Source: a virus. From it: a DNA stretch of 64,000 nucleotides. The DNA lies in IMG/VR virus record IMGVR_UViG_3300032053_000041, positions 12,229 to 76,228 of that record; one strand, given 5' to 3'. The position numbers and the translations under genes were made by a program. The notes under the pieces were generated by a model that saw only the letters and a list, made by a program, of their open reading frames with translations, ran no database searches and was not told the DNA's origin. This document shows positions 47,468-57,743 of the stretch, piece by piece (the stretch's first letter is position 1; each line of letters opens with the position of its first letter).

Positions 47468-47754
47468 CCGAACCCGTCACATTCCCGTTCTTTGCCCCCG
47501 GCCGGATCGTCGCGACCCCTGGCGCGATGGCGAAGCTCACACCCGAGGACATGGCCGCTGCGCTGAAGCGCCACGGGAGCGGGGATTGGGGCACGTGCGA
47601 CGCCGAGGACAAGCACGCGAATGACATGGCCCTGCTCGACGGCGGGCGCGTGCTCTCTGTTTATCCGCTACCGGGCGACGCGAAAGAATCCTTCTGGATC
47701 ATCACCGAGGCGGATCGCTCCGCCACCACCTTCCTACTACCCGAGGAGTATTGA
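47464..47754 (+). CDS. mobile-element-associated conserved protein
   Basis: G.IVATPGA...RH..GDWG...WIITEADRS.TT.LLPEEY. Confidence 0.7.
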   Translation: MTEPVTFPFFAPGRIVATPGAMAKLTPEDMAAALKRHGSGDWGTCDAEDKHANDMALLDGGRVLSVYPLPGDAKESFWIITEADRSATTFLLPEEY

Positions 47755-47756
47755 AC

Positions 47757-48653
47757 ATGAACAAAGACACGATCGACGTTTTCTACTCGGACGACATGGC
47801 GTCGACCGAGCGTGTGAGCCCGAGCGCACGCAAGCCCGCAATCGTCGCGGAGGCGCTTCGGAAGTACGGACACGTGGAGTTCCACGAGCCGACTCCGCTG
47901 AAGCCCGCGCAGTTCCATGTGGCGCACGATCCGCAGTACGTGACGGGCGTGCTCTCGCTGCGAGCCGCCAACGGGTTCGGCACATTCTCCGCCGACGTGG
48001 CGCGTAGTCTGCCGTACACGAACGGCGCGATGCTCGACGCCGCGCGACTGGCGCTGCAGACGAGGCGCCCGACCGCCGCTCTGTGCTCGGGATTCCACCA
48101 CGCGGAGTACGCCGAGGGCGGCGGCTTCTGCACGTTCAACGGGCTGATGATCGCCGCGCTCACGCTGCTCAAGGAAGGCGCGGTCAAGAAGGTCGCGATC
48201 ATCGACTGCGACCAGCACTACGGCAACGGCACCGACAACATCTTGGGGCATGTACCGAAGAGGCTGGCGGACGGCATCTTCCATCTGACGTTCGGCGAAT
48301 ACTTCCGTAGGTCGCACGAGGAACCGATGTACCTCGCGCTGATGCGCGGACTGCCCGCGATCTTCGAGATGGAGAAGCCTGACCTGATTCTGTACCAGGC
48401 CGGAGCCGACGCTCACCGCGACGACCCGCTCGGCGGCGTGCTCTCGACGCACAGCATGTACCTCCGTGATCTCTACCTGTTCGACGCGGCGCTGAAAGCT
48501 GACATCCCTGTTGCGTGGAACCTCGCGGGGGGATACCAGGAGGAGAAGGACGGGAGCATCCCGAAGGTGGTCGCGCTGCACATAGGCACGTTCGAGGCGG
48601 CGCGTGCCGTGCTGCGGCAGGCACTTGCCGCGAAGTCAGCGGTCTCAGCCTGA
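47757..48653 (+). CDS. Zn-dependent histone deacetylase family (AcuC/HDAC-like)
   Basis: GFHHA, GFCTFN, DCDQHYGNGT, QAGAD, GGY. Confidence 0.9.
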   Translation: MNKDTIDVFYSDDMASTERVSPSARKPAIVAEALRKYGHVEFHEPTPLKPAQFHVAHDPQYVTGVLSLRAANGFGTFSADVARSLPYTNGAMLDAARLALQTRRPTAALCSGFHHAEYAEGGGFCTFNGLMIAALTLLKEGAVKKVAIIDCDQHYGNGTDNILGHVPKRLADGIFHLTFGEYFRRSHEEPMYLALMRGLPAIFEMEKPDLILYQAGADAHRDDPLGGVLSTHSMYLRDLYLFDAALKADIPVAWNLAGGYQEEKDGSIPKVVALHIGTFEAARAVLRQALAAKSAVSA

Positions 48654-48671
48654 ACCAAGGAGCATCGGAGC

Positions 48672-49283
48672 ATGTCCATCCAGCAGTACCTAGCGATGAG
48701 CCTCGCGATGCGCGAGGGCTGCGGCATCCCTGAGCGAGTCAAGAACATGCCCTACTCCGGCTTCGAGGACTTCGCACTGAAGGAAGGGCGCGCGTACGAG
48801 AAGGCCCCGCTCTCTGCGGAGCAGCGCAAGTATGTGCAGGCGTGCGCGAAGCTCTGGGGGAACCCGCTGGAGGTCAAGCAGTGCTTCTACAATTCGCAGA
48901 TGCTCATGCTATTCGCGGACGACGAGAAGCGGCTGACCTACTGCGAGGGCTACGGCTGGCGGTTCATTCCGTGTATGCACGGATGGCTCGTGCTCGACGG
49001 CAAGCATGTGATCGACACGACGTGGCGCATGGACAAGCCCATGGGCCGCGGAGCGCTCGCGAACCGAGTGCTCGGCACATGGAACGACGAGCGCGCGTAC
49101 TTCGGCGTGACGTTCTCGCGAGAGTACGTGCGCCGGTACGTGCTCGACCGCGAGCACGGAGGCTCACTGATCGACGACTTCAAGGGGGACTACCCGCTGC
49201 TCACCGGAGCAACGAAGCCGGAAGAATGGCGAGCGCCGACACATGCCGAGCGTGAGCCCGGCGGACTGTCGGCGACGGGCTGA
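48672..49283 (+). CDS. transglutaminase/papain-like C-H-D protein
   Basis: CFYNS...EG...HGW...VIDTT. Confidence 0.5.
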   Translation: MSIQQYLAMSLAMREGCGIPERVKNMPYSGFEDFALKEGRAYEKAPLSAEQRKYVQACAKLWGNPLEVKQCFYNSQMLMLFADDEKRLTYCEGYGWRFIPCMHGWLVLDGKHVIDTTWRMDKPMGRGALANRVLGTWNDERAYFGVTFSREYVRRYVLDREHGGSLIDDFKGDYPLLTGATKPEEWRAPTHAEREPGGLSATG

Positions 49284-49565
49284 ACAAAGGAAGGAACACA
49301 TGACGGAAAAGAACCCGAGGCAGTACAACAGAATGAACGTGCAGAAGCACGGCACGCCGCGCGTAGCGAAGTTCTTCGCCGCTGGCGACTCGCCCCCGTG
49401 CCCCTACTGCGGGTGTCTGTGCCTCGCTCAGTGCGAGGTCGACGTCGAGGATTCGAGGCTCACGACCGGCCACGGCAAGGGCGTGTATCTGGGGTGCCCG
49501 GCGTGCCCGTGGGCTGGACCGATGGCGACGATGGCTGTTCCGAAGCCGCAGACGAAGGAGAGCAC

Positions 49566-50177
49566 ATGACGACCGAGGACGGTTCGAGCCGGGGCGCGGA
49601 CACCGAGGCAGGCGGAGTGAACGCCGAGGAAGCCAAGGCTGCAGCGTCCGGTATCGTGGATGTGATGAAAGCGGCTCTGGAAGCTGCCGTGGAAGCGGCC
49701 CCGAGACCGGAGTGGGCCTTGGCTGGCTTGCTGCTGGCCGTGCGCTCGCTTCGGACGGCGCTGCCGATCGTGCTCCCGCTGACCGAGGGCTCCATCCCGG
49801 CAACCCTGGACTTCGTGCGCGACACGTACGTGGGCGAGGCGAAGCAGGCATGTGTCGCTGTGACCACGTCCATCCTGAATGCGCGTTGCGCGCACGCTCC
49901 TGCAGAGCAGGAGGACTACGAGGCGGTGGTGCGCGAAGCCGCCAGCTGCATCGACATGTTCCAGCGCGGCTCCGCAGTGAATCATCCCGTGACCATGCTC
50001 GTTGTCCTGTATGCGGCGAGACAGATCGCGCTCGCTCTGCTGAAGCAGCAGCACCCGGACGAGTACGAGCACATGTGCCTCGTTGCGAAGGCGATGGAGA
50101 ACGCGGTCAAGCCGAAAGCGATCGAGATCGTGTCCGTCCCGGCCAACACACACTTCACGAAGGGAGGCGACGCTTGA
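49566..50177 (+). CDS. hypothetical helical protein
   Basis: RBS GGAG, coupled. Confidence 0.55.
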   Translation: MTTEDGSSRGADTEAGGVNAEEAKAAASGIVDVMKAALEAAVEAAPRPEWALAGLLLAVRSLRTALPIVLPLTEGSIPATLDFVRDTYVGEAKQACVAVTTSILNARCAHAPAEQEDYEAVVREAASCIDMFQRGSAVNHPVTMLVVLYAARQIALALLKQQHPDEYEHMCLVAKAMENAVKPKAIEIVSVPANTHFTKGGDA

Positions 50178-50558
50178 CCGTGTCCGCCAAGGACGCCCGC
50201 ACCGGCACGCGCTACCGGCTCACTCGCGACCCTGGTCAGAGCTACTACGTGATCTGCAGCCCGACACAGGTGCGCACGCTGGAGAAACGTGTAGTCGGCA
50301 AGGATCAGCGCGGGATGCGTCCAGAGGACCGCAAGCTCGCGCAGGCGGTCGCTGTGTGTCAAGCGCATGGACATGTGCTCGCGACGCGGTGGACCCGGTT
50401 CGTGGACGACTCCGGCAAGCGCCGCGAGATGCGCGCCTACGTCGCCTTCCCCCCGGACTACCCCTTGCGCGAGGTGTCCAAGCCACCAAGTTACGGATCG
50501 GGGAAGCGCAAGGCGAAGTCCGGCACATGCGCCGACACCGAGGAAGGAGCGACATCGA

Positions 50559-50861
50559 ATGACAAAGAAGAAGCAAACGAAAGCCGAGCAGCTAGCTGAA
50601 CAGGACGCGAAGGCGCAGGCTGACGAACTTGCGAGGATCATCGGATGCACGTGCGATCTACTCGATCGGTTGCTGGCGGCGGCGAAGCCGCAGTTACCAG
50701 CCGACACAGAGCCCATCGTCGAGCGAATGAAGGCGTACCTCGACAGGCGGAACCTCACGGCGGAAGATCCGTCGTGGATCACGAAGATGCGCAGGACCGT
50801 GACGAGCTACAGGACACAACGTGCTCGCCTCAGTGGTGAGGACATGTTCAAGCTCGACTGA
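50559..50861 (+). CDS. hypothetical protein
   Basis: MTKKKQ start, ends DMFKLD. Confidence 0.5.
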   Translation: MTKKKQTKAEQLAEQDAKAQADELARIIGCTCDLLDRLLAAAKPQLPADTEPIVERMKAYLDRRNLTAEDPSWITKMRRTVTSYRTQRARLSGEDMFKLD

Positions 50862-50994
50862 GGCAGGAGGACGAAGTGAAGAAACAGCTACCCATCGCGT
50901 TCCAGGGCGCGGTGTACCAGTGCGGCATGTGTGGCGTACAATCGACCGATCCGAGCAAGCTCTGCCTGCCGGTGCGAAAGAAGAGGGGTGTCAC

Positions 50995-51390
50995 ATGATT
51001 CAGCAACAGCTACCGATCGACTGGGACCGTCAGGACAAGCGCGAGAGCGCCAAGGCACGTGACAGCGGCATCGAGCGTGTTGCTCGGGGCTCCGGCGAGT
51101 GGCAAGTCGAAGCGTTGGCCGCGATCCGCTCGGTCGCCCGGTCGCAGATCGAAGTCACCACGGATGACGTGTGGCGCACACTGGGCCGCGACCCTGACGT
51201 GGAGGGGCGCGCGATGGGGGCCGCGATGCGTGTGGCGGCGAAACTCGGGCTCGTCCAGAAGACGGACACGACTCGCAAGAGCGTGCGCGTCGCCTGTCAC
51301 CGGCGCGACCTGCGGGTGTGGCGGTCACTCATTCACGGCGGGGGACGGACGCTCGTCGAGGTGCTCGCGAACGACACGGAGGGCACATGA
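50995..51390 (+). CDS. hypothetical phage protein, possibly wHTH
   Basis: TTDDVW...RAMGA.M..A...G...WRS. Confidence 0.55.
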   Translation: MIQQQLPIDWDRQDKRESAKARDSGIERVARGSGEWQVEALAAIRSVARSQIEVTTDDVWRTLGRDPDVEGRAMGAAMRVAAKLGLVQKTDTTRKSVRVACHRRDLRVWRSLIHGGGRTLVEVLANDTEGT

Positions 51391-51622
51391 TGGCCGGGAA
51401 GTTGTACAAGTGCTGGTACGACGACAACGAGGAGGATGACGATCCGGTGTCCATCGCCGCGAGCGACCCGAGGGGGGCAGCGGAACAGTTCGTCGAGCGC
51501 GACTGGGAGGGCGGCGCGGAGTGGTACTTCGTGATGGTCCGCGACGGGGAAGACGTGTCCCGATGGAAGGTGACCGTGGAGACGACGACGGAGTTCACCG
51601 CGCGCCGATCGAAGGAGAAGAC

Positions 51623-52216
51623 ATGACCGTGCGGAGACTGCCCATCGCCGCCATCCTGGGAGCATGTGCCCTGGCCTGCGGAGGGAGCGAGTTCAGCGGG
51701 GGCGCCGACCTGCATGACCTGGCTGACTCCGGCTCAGGATCCGCAGGCACATATTCTCAGGACGGAGGTGGGACAGGCGGTGTCACACCTGCGTCCGGCT
51801 CCGGCGGGACACATGCCGCAGCGGGCGGCGCGGGCCGGGCAGTCACCGGTGGTCATTCCGCTGTGGGCGGAACCGTGAACGAGTCAGGGGGCAGTCCCGC
51901 GGCAGGCGGCGGGGTAGGTACCGGTGGGTCCGTGGGGCACGCCGACGGCGGCGCACCTCCGGCTTCTGGTGGTTCTAGTGGCTCTGGTGGAGCCCTGGCG
52001 ACTGGTGGGGCTCCGGCCGCCACGGGGGGCGCCGGAGGCGCCGGGGGCCAGGAACCGGCCTGGCTGCACGCCTGCGGGCCATCGATCACGTGCCAAGACC
52101 CCGTCACATGCCCGCTGGGGGGAGTGTGTTGCATCGGTCCGGACCCTGGGTACTACACCGGGTGCGGATGTCTGGTGCTGAATCCGTTACCTGGAGCGGC
52201 CACCGTCTGCCGCTAG
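51623..52216 (+). CDS. Gly/Ser-rich lipoprotein with Cys-rich C-terminus
   Basis: lipobox LAC-G, GGxGG linker, multiple Cys. Confidence 0.65.
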   Translation: MTVRRLPIAAILGACALACGGSEFSGGADLHDLADSGSGSAGTYSQDGGGTGGVTPASGSGGTHAAAGGAGRAVTGGHSAVGGTVNESGGSPAAGGGVGTGGSVGHADGGAPPASGGSSGSGGALATGGAPAATGGAGGAGGQEPAWLHACGPSITCQDPVTCPLGGVCCIGPDPGYYTGCGCLVLNPLPGAATVCR

Positions 52217-52644
52217 GGCAGCGCTCTCAAGTACGCCTGGAAGGCCCGGTTGGAGAGCGCTTGGACGCCCAGATCGTCCGTGCGGCGGCTTCGGACCAGG
52301 GCCAGGATCTCCTCCCCGGAATCTCCCCCGGTCAGGTAGAGGGCCAGCGCGGCGACCAGAGCCGATCGGTTCCGCCCCATCCGGCATGTGACGAGAACAC
52401 GCCTACCCGCGCGCAGGTCGCGCGCCACCGCCTGAGCGGCTGCCCAGGCAGTCGCCAGGTCGCGGTCGGTGGGCCGGGACGAGTCGTCGAAGGGGAAGTG
52501 CCGGACCCGGACTCCAGGGAACATGTCTGCGGCGGGCTGGTACTCGTCGGCCGTGAACACGATCACGTCGATCTGGCCGACATAGTCCCCAGGCGAGGGA
52601 GCCGACCCGACCCACAGGCTTTTGGCTATTCGACTGGCGGACAC
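52213..52644 (-). CDS. dual-specificity protein phosphatase
   Basis: CX5R loop TCRMGRNRS, acid loop PFDD. Confidence 0.85.
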   Translation of the reverse strand: MSASRIAKSLWVGSAPSPGDYVGQIDVIVFTADEYQPAADMFPGVRVRHFPFDDSSRPTDRDLATAWAAAQAVARDLRAGRRVLVTCRMGRNRSALVAALALYLTGGDSGEEILALVRSRRTDDLGVQALSNRAFQAYLRALP

Positions 52645-52703
52645 GTCCGCAAGCTACCCGAACCCGGCTAGAAACGGAACGCCGAACAGTTTAGGGTAAC
52701 GGT

Positions 52704-55700
52704 ATGCCGAGGCCGAACCGACCGGAACTGGCCGTGCTCCGGGGCAAGACCGGCCCCGAGTCGCTGACTCAGTGGACCGAGGCGTTCGCGGGCGGCGATC
52801 CCGACACGGCTGGGCGGTACGCCGCTGTGATCGCGCGCTTCACCGGAAGGCCCGAGCCTGGCGCGACCTACGAGCCGTACATGGGTGTGTACTCGCCCGC
52901 AACGCGGCGCGCGTACGCCTACGCGCTGACCGAGTTCTTCGAGTGGATCGCCTCGAAGTACGGACGGATCATCCCGCCGCCGCAGGTCACCCGCAAGGAC
53001 GCGGAGGACTATGTCCAGTGGCTCACGGCGCGGCCGTACACGCTCGAAGGCGAGCGCCTCCGCGATGGCGACCAACAGGAGCGCCTGGCGCTGTACGAGA
53101 TCGTGCGCGATCTCGGTTCGGCAGACGTGCTCAGCATCGCGGCGAAGATCCCTCCGTGGCTAGCCGCGGCACATTCCTCGCGCTCGGACACGACCAAGAT
53201 CGATCGCGTGTGGCTCACCAAGGAGCTTGGTCGGATGGTCCTACACGATCTGCTCGTGCGGTCGCCGACGATAGATGAGCTTCGTCGCGAGGACGCGCGC
53301 ATCGGGATCAGCGTCTTCACCGTGCTGCTGCCGATCAACGGACGGGTACGCGAGATGCCGCTCGACGAGGTTTTTTCGTACACGTTGCCCAAACCGCGCG
53401 CCGTGTCCCGAGGGACGGTCTCCGTGCGCCTCGCGGCGCTCACGTCTTTCTGGAATGTGCTGGCGACCGGCGAGAACATGGCCGGGCAGGGCGCGCTGCT
53501 CCAGTACAACGTCTTCGCCGATCTCGCTGGGCGCGTGCGCAAAGGCATGGCCGCCGAGAGCAAGGTGGCCGCCTCGCGACGCGGGAGACTCACGCCACAG
53601 ATGGTCGAGCGGCTTCTGCAGGCCGTGGACGGCCCGTCGCTCGCGGAGAAGCGCGACGCCGCGCTGCTCTGGTTCCTGGTCCTGACAGGCGCGCGGCTCA
53701 CCGAGGCTACTCGCGTGCGACGCGACCGACCGCCCGCCGCAGAGGCGCAGCGGTGGCCAGGCTGGTACGACGGCCGCGCGAACCCGCCGACCGTCGAACT
53801 GGTGCGCAAGGGAGGCCATCGGCAGCGGCTTCCGTATCCGCCCTACGCGCTCAAGGCGCTCAACTCCTTCCAGTCGGAGCTTTCCAAGCATGTGCCGCTC
53901 GCGGGCACACAGAGCGAGGATCCCGCCTCGCAGCACTACCTGCAGCCGACGTCGCCAGCATGGCGCTACAAGATGCTCGCCGAGGAGCCGGACGCGCCAC
54001 TGTTCCCGTCGGTGAACTTCTGGGGGGCCAACTCGACGCACAACTACCAGGAGTTCAAACCGAACGCGAACGTGCGCCCCGACTACAGGCGCGCGATGAC
54101 GCGGCACGGAGTCGACGCGATGCTGAAGCGCGTCGCGAAGAAAGCCGGTTTCAGCAACGAGGAGACAGCGCTGGTACACGGTCACGCCTTCCGTCACTTC
54201 GCCGCGACGGCGATGGCGAAGCAGGGCAAGCCGCTGCGCGAGATCCAGCACATTCTGGGACACGGCTCAGTCACCACCACCGAGCGCTATGTCGAGGCCG
54301 AAACACGTCCCGAGGCGCTCTCCGGACAGAACGAGATTCTCGACTACATCTCGACTGGGGTCGTGCGCGAGCCCCCGGCACCTGCGGAGCCAGAGCCACC
54401 GAGGCAGCCTCCGGTACGTGCGCCACGCCCGGTGGTCGAGACGTACGGCGTACCCGCGCCCCCGGCGGAACGACCGCGGGCTCCAAAGCCCAAGCGGGAG
54501 AGAGTGGCGGCGCTACCGCCGGAGGAGAAGGTGCTACCGGCACAGTCCCCGCAGGTGAACCCCGAGGCCGTCGTGCCCATCAACGACCGCCTGGTGGCGC
54601 TGGTCCCAGAAGGTCCCATGCCCCCGCCTGGCTCCGAGATTCGCGGGAACATATCGCCGCCGTCGCCATGGTGGGGCTACGCGGGCAGAGGACCGCTGAA
54701 GCCCGGTCAGTCTCAGGAGGACCGTGCCGCCTGGCAGGAGAAGATCGAGTTCACGTTTGCCGAGCGCAGAACGAAAAGAGGCAAGCAGGGCGCGACCTTG
54801 TACACGAAAGATGGCGGCGTGGAGATGGTGCAAGGGAACGGGTGGCTCGCCAAGCACTACGACCCGTGGCCCATCAACTACGGGCTCGGCTCAAGTTCGC
54901 TGTTGCCGTGGTTCGCTCGTGGCACCGCAACCGCCAACGGCGAGGTGAAGGCCGACGTCAGACGGACGAAGCTCGACCCACCGAATATCGTTGTGGTGCC
55001 GCCTATTCCCGTGCTCTCGCTGCAGCAGATGGACCCATCGGTGATGCAGACGCACTCGAAGCTGCTCTGGCAGAAGGTCGACGGGATGCGTACGCGATGG
55101 CTGACGACTTCGCCGTCGCGCGCCTTCGGGCTCGACCGCTGGTGGGGAGCCTTCCTGAAGATTCAGGTCGGCTTACTGAATGGCACACAGCAGAAGTTCC
55201 GTTGGCAGCCGTTCGGGGCTCAAGCGATTCTCGGAGAGGAGATCCATTCACATGACGAGGAGTACATCGTCAAGTGGCTGGAAACCAACGCCGAGCGCTA
55301 CACGGCCACAGTACGTGCCTTCGAGGAGATCGCGCGTCTCGAAGGCAAGTCCGAGACCGAGCGGTCCGAGTGGATCCAGTTCCGCGAAACATGGCGTGAC
55401 GCGGGCATCACCGACGTCAGCCCGGCACAGACCCTCCCGGACTGGTTCATCGTGGATGACCCGATTCACGATATCTACGAAAACGACCCGGAGGAGTGGG
55501 AGTGGTTCGCGAAGTGGCTCGGGGCCGTCACGGGGCAGAAGCTCACCCCGGAGCGCGAGGAGGCACTCAAGACCGAAGTGGCCATCACAGAGAACGATCA
55601 ATCGATCCGGATCCAGCAGGCGCGTCTGCTGTTGCAGACGTATTACGACACGGTGAGCGCGCTTCGTGGACTGAGTGGCGAGGCTCGCACCAGTGAGCGC

Positions 55701-57002
55701 GCCACGCTGAAGTTCCTGACGGATCAGCTACGCGACGAGTACGGCGTGCCCGACCCTGTGCAGATGCTCAAGGAGGGTAAGCTGAAGAAGCGTCAGCGGC
55801 GTGAGGCCAGCATCGAGCAGTTGCTCGCCATGGCCTTCCCGTCTGTGCCTGTCACGGAGGTCGATCCGAACATGCTCAAGAGCAGGATGTTCGACGCGGA
55901 CACGCTGCGCCTCGACATGACGAACAAGACCATCTCGCACACGCCGGAGTTCCGGAAGCACTTCGCTGAGTGGTACGACGGACGCGACTCCGAGTGCGTG
56001 GTGCGCCGCGCCGCCAGAGGTATGTGGGAGCACGTGAAGCGGCACGGGATCCCGATTGAGCGCGGAGGGGAGCGCTCGTCCGAGTACAGCCTGCTCTACT
56101 CCGTGATGCTCTCGTACATGGCGTGGATCTTCCCGTGCCCTGAAGAGATCGAGCGGCGCATGGCGGAGGAGGGTCTGGCTGGACAGGAAGCGAAGCTCAT
56201 CTGGCTGAACGGCGTTCGCAGCACGAGCCAGCGCATGATGATCTCTACACGTGACCAGGACGAGGACGCCTTGCGCGCGGTAGGTGCCGAAAACGGACTG
56301 GACCCCAAGAGCGCGGACGAGGTCATCGAAGCTGGCCTGGTCGTAGATTCAGTGCGCGCCGAGGTGGCTCTACCAAGCCAGGAGATCACGGATGCCGTGG
56401 CGCGAAGCGCGGTGAAGTCCGGACAGGTCGTCACGAGAGGCGGGACAGTGGTTGTTCGCCGGCCGAGCGCTCGTCAGCTGCTCGCTATGGATGAACCAAG
56501 ACAGGAGGAGCAGCCCGCAGCCGAGCCAGAGCCGGTTTTCTCCGCTCCAGTCGAGCCGACGGCACAGACCCCAGGAGTCCTGGCGTCGGGAAGGCCCACC
56601 GTGCTGCGTCGTCGCGCCGGTGAACGGCCGAAGCGGGCCCCGGAGACCGCTCGACGCTACGAGGAGAAGGAAGCGGAAGACTTGGAATTGCTTCAGCGAG
56701 GAGGTCCAGAGTGGTTCGCGACGGTGCGAGGGGATCAGCCCCAGGAGCGAGAGGAGGAAAGGGAGGGGATCGGCAGCTTGAGCGAGCAGGCCGATGAACA
56801 GTTGTACGGCGGCACGGACGGGGGCGAGCAGTCCGATGAGCAGTTCGCCGAGGGACTGGAGTTCAACCCGAGGCGTAAACCTGCTGGCGTCAGGTACATG
56901 ACGCTCGGCGCGTACATGGCCGGAGCCCAGTACGTCGCCAACGCGGAGAGCGTTCTTCCGAGCGCGATCCGCATGATGTCGGCGATGTCGCTGCCGTTCT
57001 AG
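52704..57002 (+). CDS. giant tyrosine recombinase/integrase (1432 aa)
   Basis: SAM-like 'SPATRRAY...EFFEW' and 'TVSVRLAALTSFW'; catalytic R (TGAR), K (RKGG), HAFRH, LGH, TTERY; ~900-aa C-terminal extension. Confidence 0.9.
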   Translation: MPRPNRPELAVLRGKTGPESLTQWTEAFAGGDPDTAGRYAAVIARFTGRPEPGATYEPYMGVYSPATRRAYAYALTEFFEWIASKYGRIIPPPQVTRKDAEDYVQWLTARPYTLEGERLRDGDQQERLALYEIVRDLGSADVLSIAAKIPPWLAAAHSSRSDTTKIDRVWLTKELGRMVLHDLLVRSPTIDELRREDARIGISVFTVLLPINGRVREMPLDEVFSYTLPKPRAVSRGTVSVRLAALTSFWNVLATGENMAGQGALLQYNVFADLAGRVRKGMAAESKVAASRRGRLTPQMVERLLQAVDGPSLAEKRDAALLWFLVLTGARLTEATRVRRDRPPAAEAQRWPGWYDGRANPPTVELVRKGGHRQRLPYPPYALKALNSFQSELSKHVPLAGTQSEDPASQHYLQPTSPAWRYKMLAEEPDAPLFPSVNFWGANSTHNYQEFKPNANVRPDYRRAMTRHGVDAMLKRVAKKAGFSNEETALVHGHAFRHFAATAMAKQGKPLREIQHILGHGSVTTTERYVEAETRPEALSGQNEILDYISTGVVREPPAPAEPEPPRQPPVRAPRPVVETYGVPAPPAERPRAPKPKRERVAALPPEEKVLPAQSPQVNPEAVVPINDRLVALVPEGPMPPPGSEIRGNISPPSPWWGYAGRGPLKPGQSQEDRAAWQEKIEFTFAERRTKRGKQGATLYTKDGGVEMVQGNGWLAKHYDPWPINYGLGSSSLLPWFARGTATANGEVKADVRRTKLDPPNIVVVPPIPVLSLQQMDPSVMQTHSKLLWQKVDGMRTRWLTTSPSRAFGLDRWWGAFLKIQVGLLNGTQQKFRWQPFGAQAILGEEIHSHDEEYIVKWLETNAERYTATVRAFEEIARLEGKSETERSEWIQFRETWRDAGITDVSPAQTLPDWFIVDDPIHDIYENDPEEWEWFAKWLGAVTGQKLTPEREEALKTEVAITENDQSIRIQQARLLLQTYYDTVSALRGLSGEARTSERATLKFLTDQLRDEYGVPDPVQMLKEGKLKKRQRREASIEQLLAMAFPSVPVTEVDPNMLKSRMFDADTLRLDMTNKTISHTPEFRKHFAEWYDGRDSECVVRRAARGMWEHVKRHGIPIERGGERSSEYSLLYSVMLSYMAWIFPCPEEIERRMAEEGLAGQEAKLIWLNGVRSTSQRMMISTRDQDEDALRAVGAENGLDPKSADEVIEAGLVVDSVRAEVALPSQEITDAVARSAVKSGQVVTRGGTVVVRRPSARQLLAMDEPRQEEQPAAEPEPVFSAPVEPTAQTPGVLASGRPTVLRRRAGERPKRAPETARRYEEKEAEDLELLQRGGPEWFATVRGDQPQEREEEREGIGSLSEQADEQLYGGTDGGEQSDEQFAEGLEFNPRRKPAGVRYMTLGAYMAGAQYVANAESVLPSAIRMMSAMSLPF

Positions 57003-57292
57003 TAGTTCGTGTCGACGCCGAGGCGCTGCCAGAAGCGCTTGCCCGCTCGCTCTGCGAAGTAATACCGCACGACCGCGCGATAGGGCGGGGGCTTCAGATG
57101 CAGCAGATCATCGTACGGGCGGCGGTCCAGGATTCTGCCACCGTCTGCGACCAAGTTCATTTCGGTCACCCACCCTTCGCGCTCCAGAACCCAGGCGGTG
57201 CCATTCCAAGAGTAGACGTAGTCGTACGCCGTTGCCTCGTTGAACGGCGCCTCCACGAAAGCAGCCGGGACGAGTCCCACTGCTCGGTACAT
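56999..57292 (-). CDS. hypothetical protein
   Basis: 97-aa ORF. Confidence 0.5.
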   Translation of the reverse strand: MYRAVGLVPAAFVEAPFNEATAYDYVYSWNGTAWVLEREGWVTEMNLVADGGRILDRRPYDDLLHLKPPPYRAVVRYYFAERAGKRFWQRLGVDTNY

Positions 57293-57293
57293 G

Positions 57294-57740
57294 TCAGCGA
57301 ACCGTGAAGTTCGAGGCGAGATCCTCGAAGAAGAGGTCTCCAGACTTCACAAGCAGGTACTCTGGGCCAGGAGGGAACCCACCCGGCGGAGGCGGAGACT
57401 GGTCGAGCGGGCGGCGGCGGTAGATCCCCACGACGGTGCCGACGTACTCACGGGATGTGCCGCCAGCGGGGTCACCCTGGACAGGGCCGCTCGGGGCAAT
57501 CCGCAGGACGGTCTTACCGCGGAACTTGTCGCGCGTCGCCTGAGAGGCCGTCTCGACCACATCGAGGTTCAGAGCGGCGTCGGTGGCGGCCACGTAGGCC
57601 ACGGGAGGCGCTGCGGTGTCCCACAGGACAGTCACCGAGTTGGGAGCCGCCGCCGTCGTGACGATGCCGTAGTGCGTGGGCTGCGGCTGGATCGGAGCGC
57701 CCTGCGGGATGCGCGGCGAGACGATGTTGTTGAGGGCCAT
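57294..57740 (-). CDS. hypothetical protein, paralog of 57744
   Basis: S.EY.G.VV..Y motif shared. Confidence 0.6.
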   Translation of the reverse strand: MALNNIVSPRIPQGAPIQPQPTHYGIVTTAAAPNSVTVLWDTAAPPVAYVAATDAALNLDVVETASQATRDKFRGKTVLRIAPSGPVQGDPAGGTSREYVGTVVGIYRRRPLDQSPPPPGGFPPGPEYLLVKSGDLFFEDLASNFTVR

Positions 57741-57743
57741 GGT

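Noticed and set aside
52704-57002. Prophage boundary/att site beside the recombinase
   Set aside because: Phage-like genes continue on both sides; no tRNA or host genes nearby.
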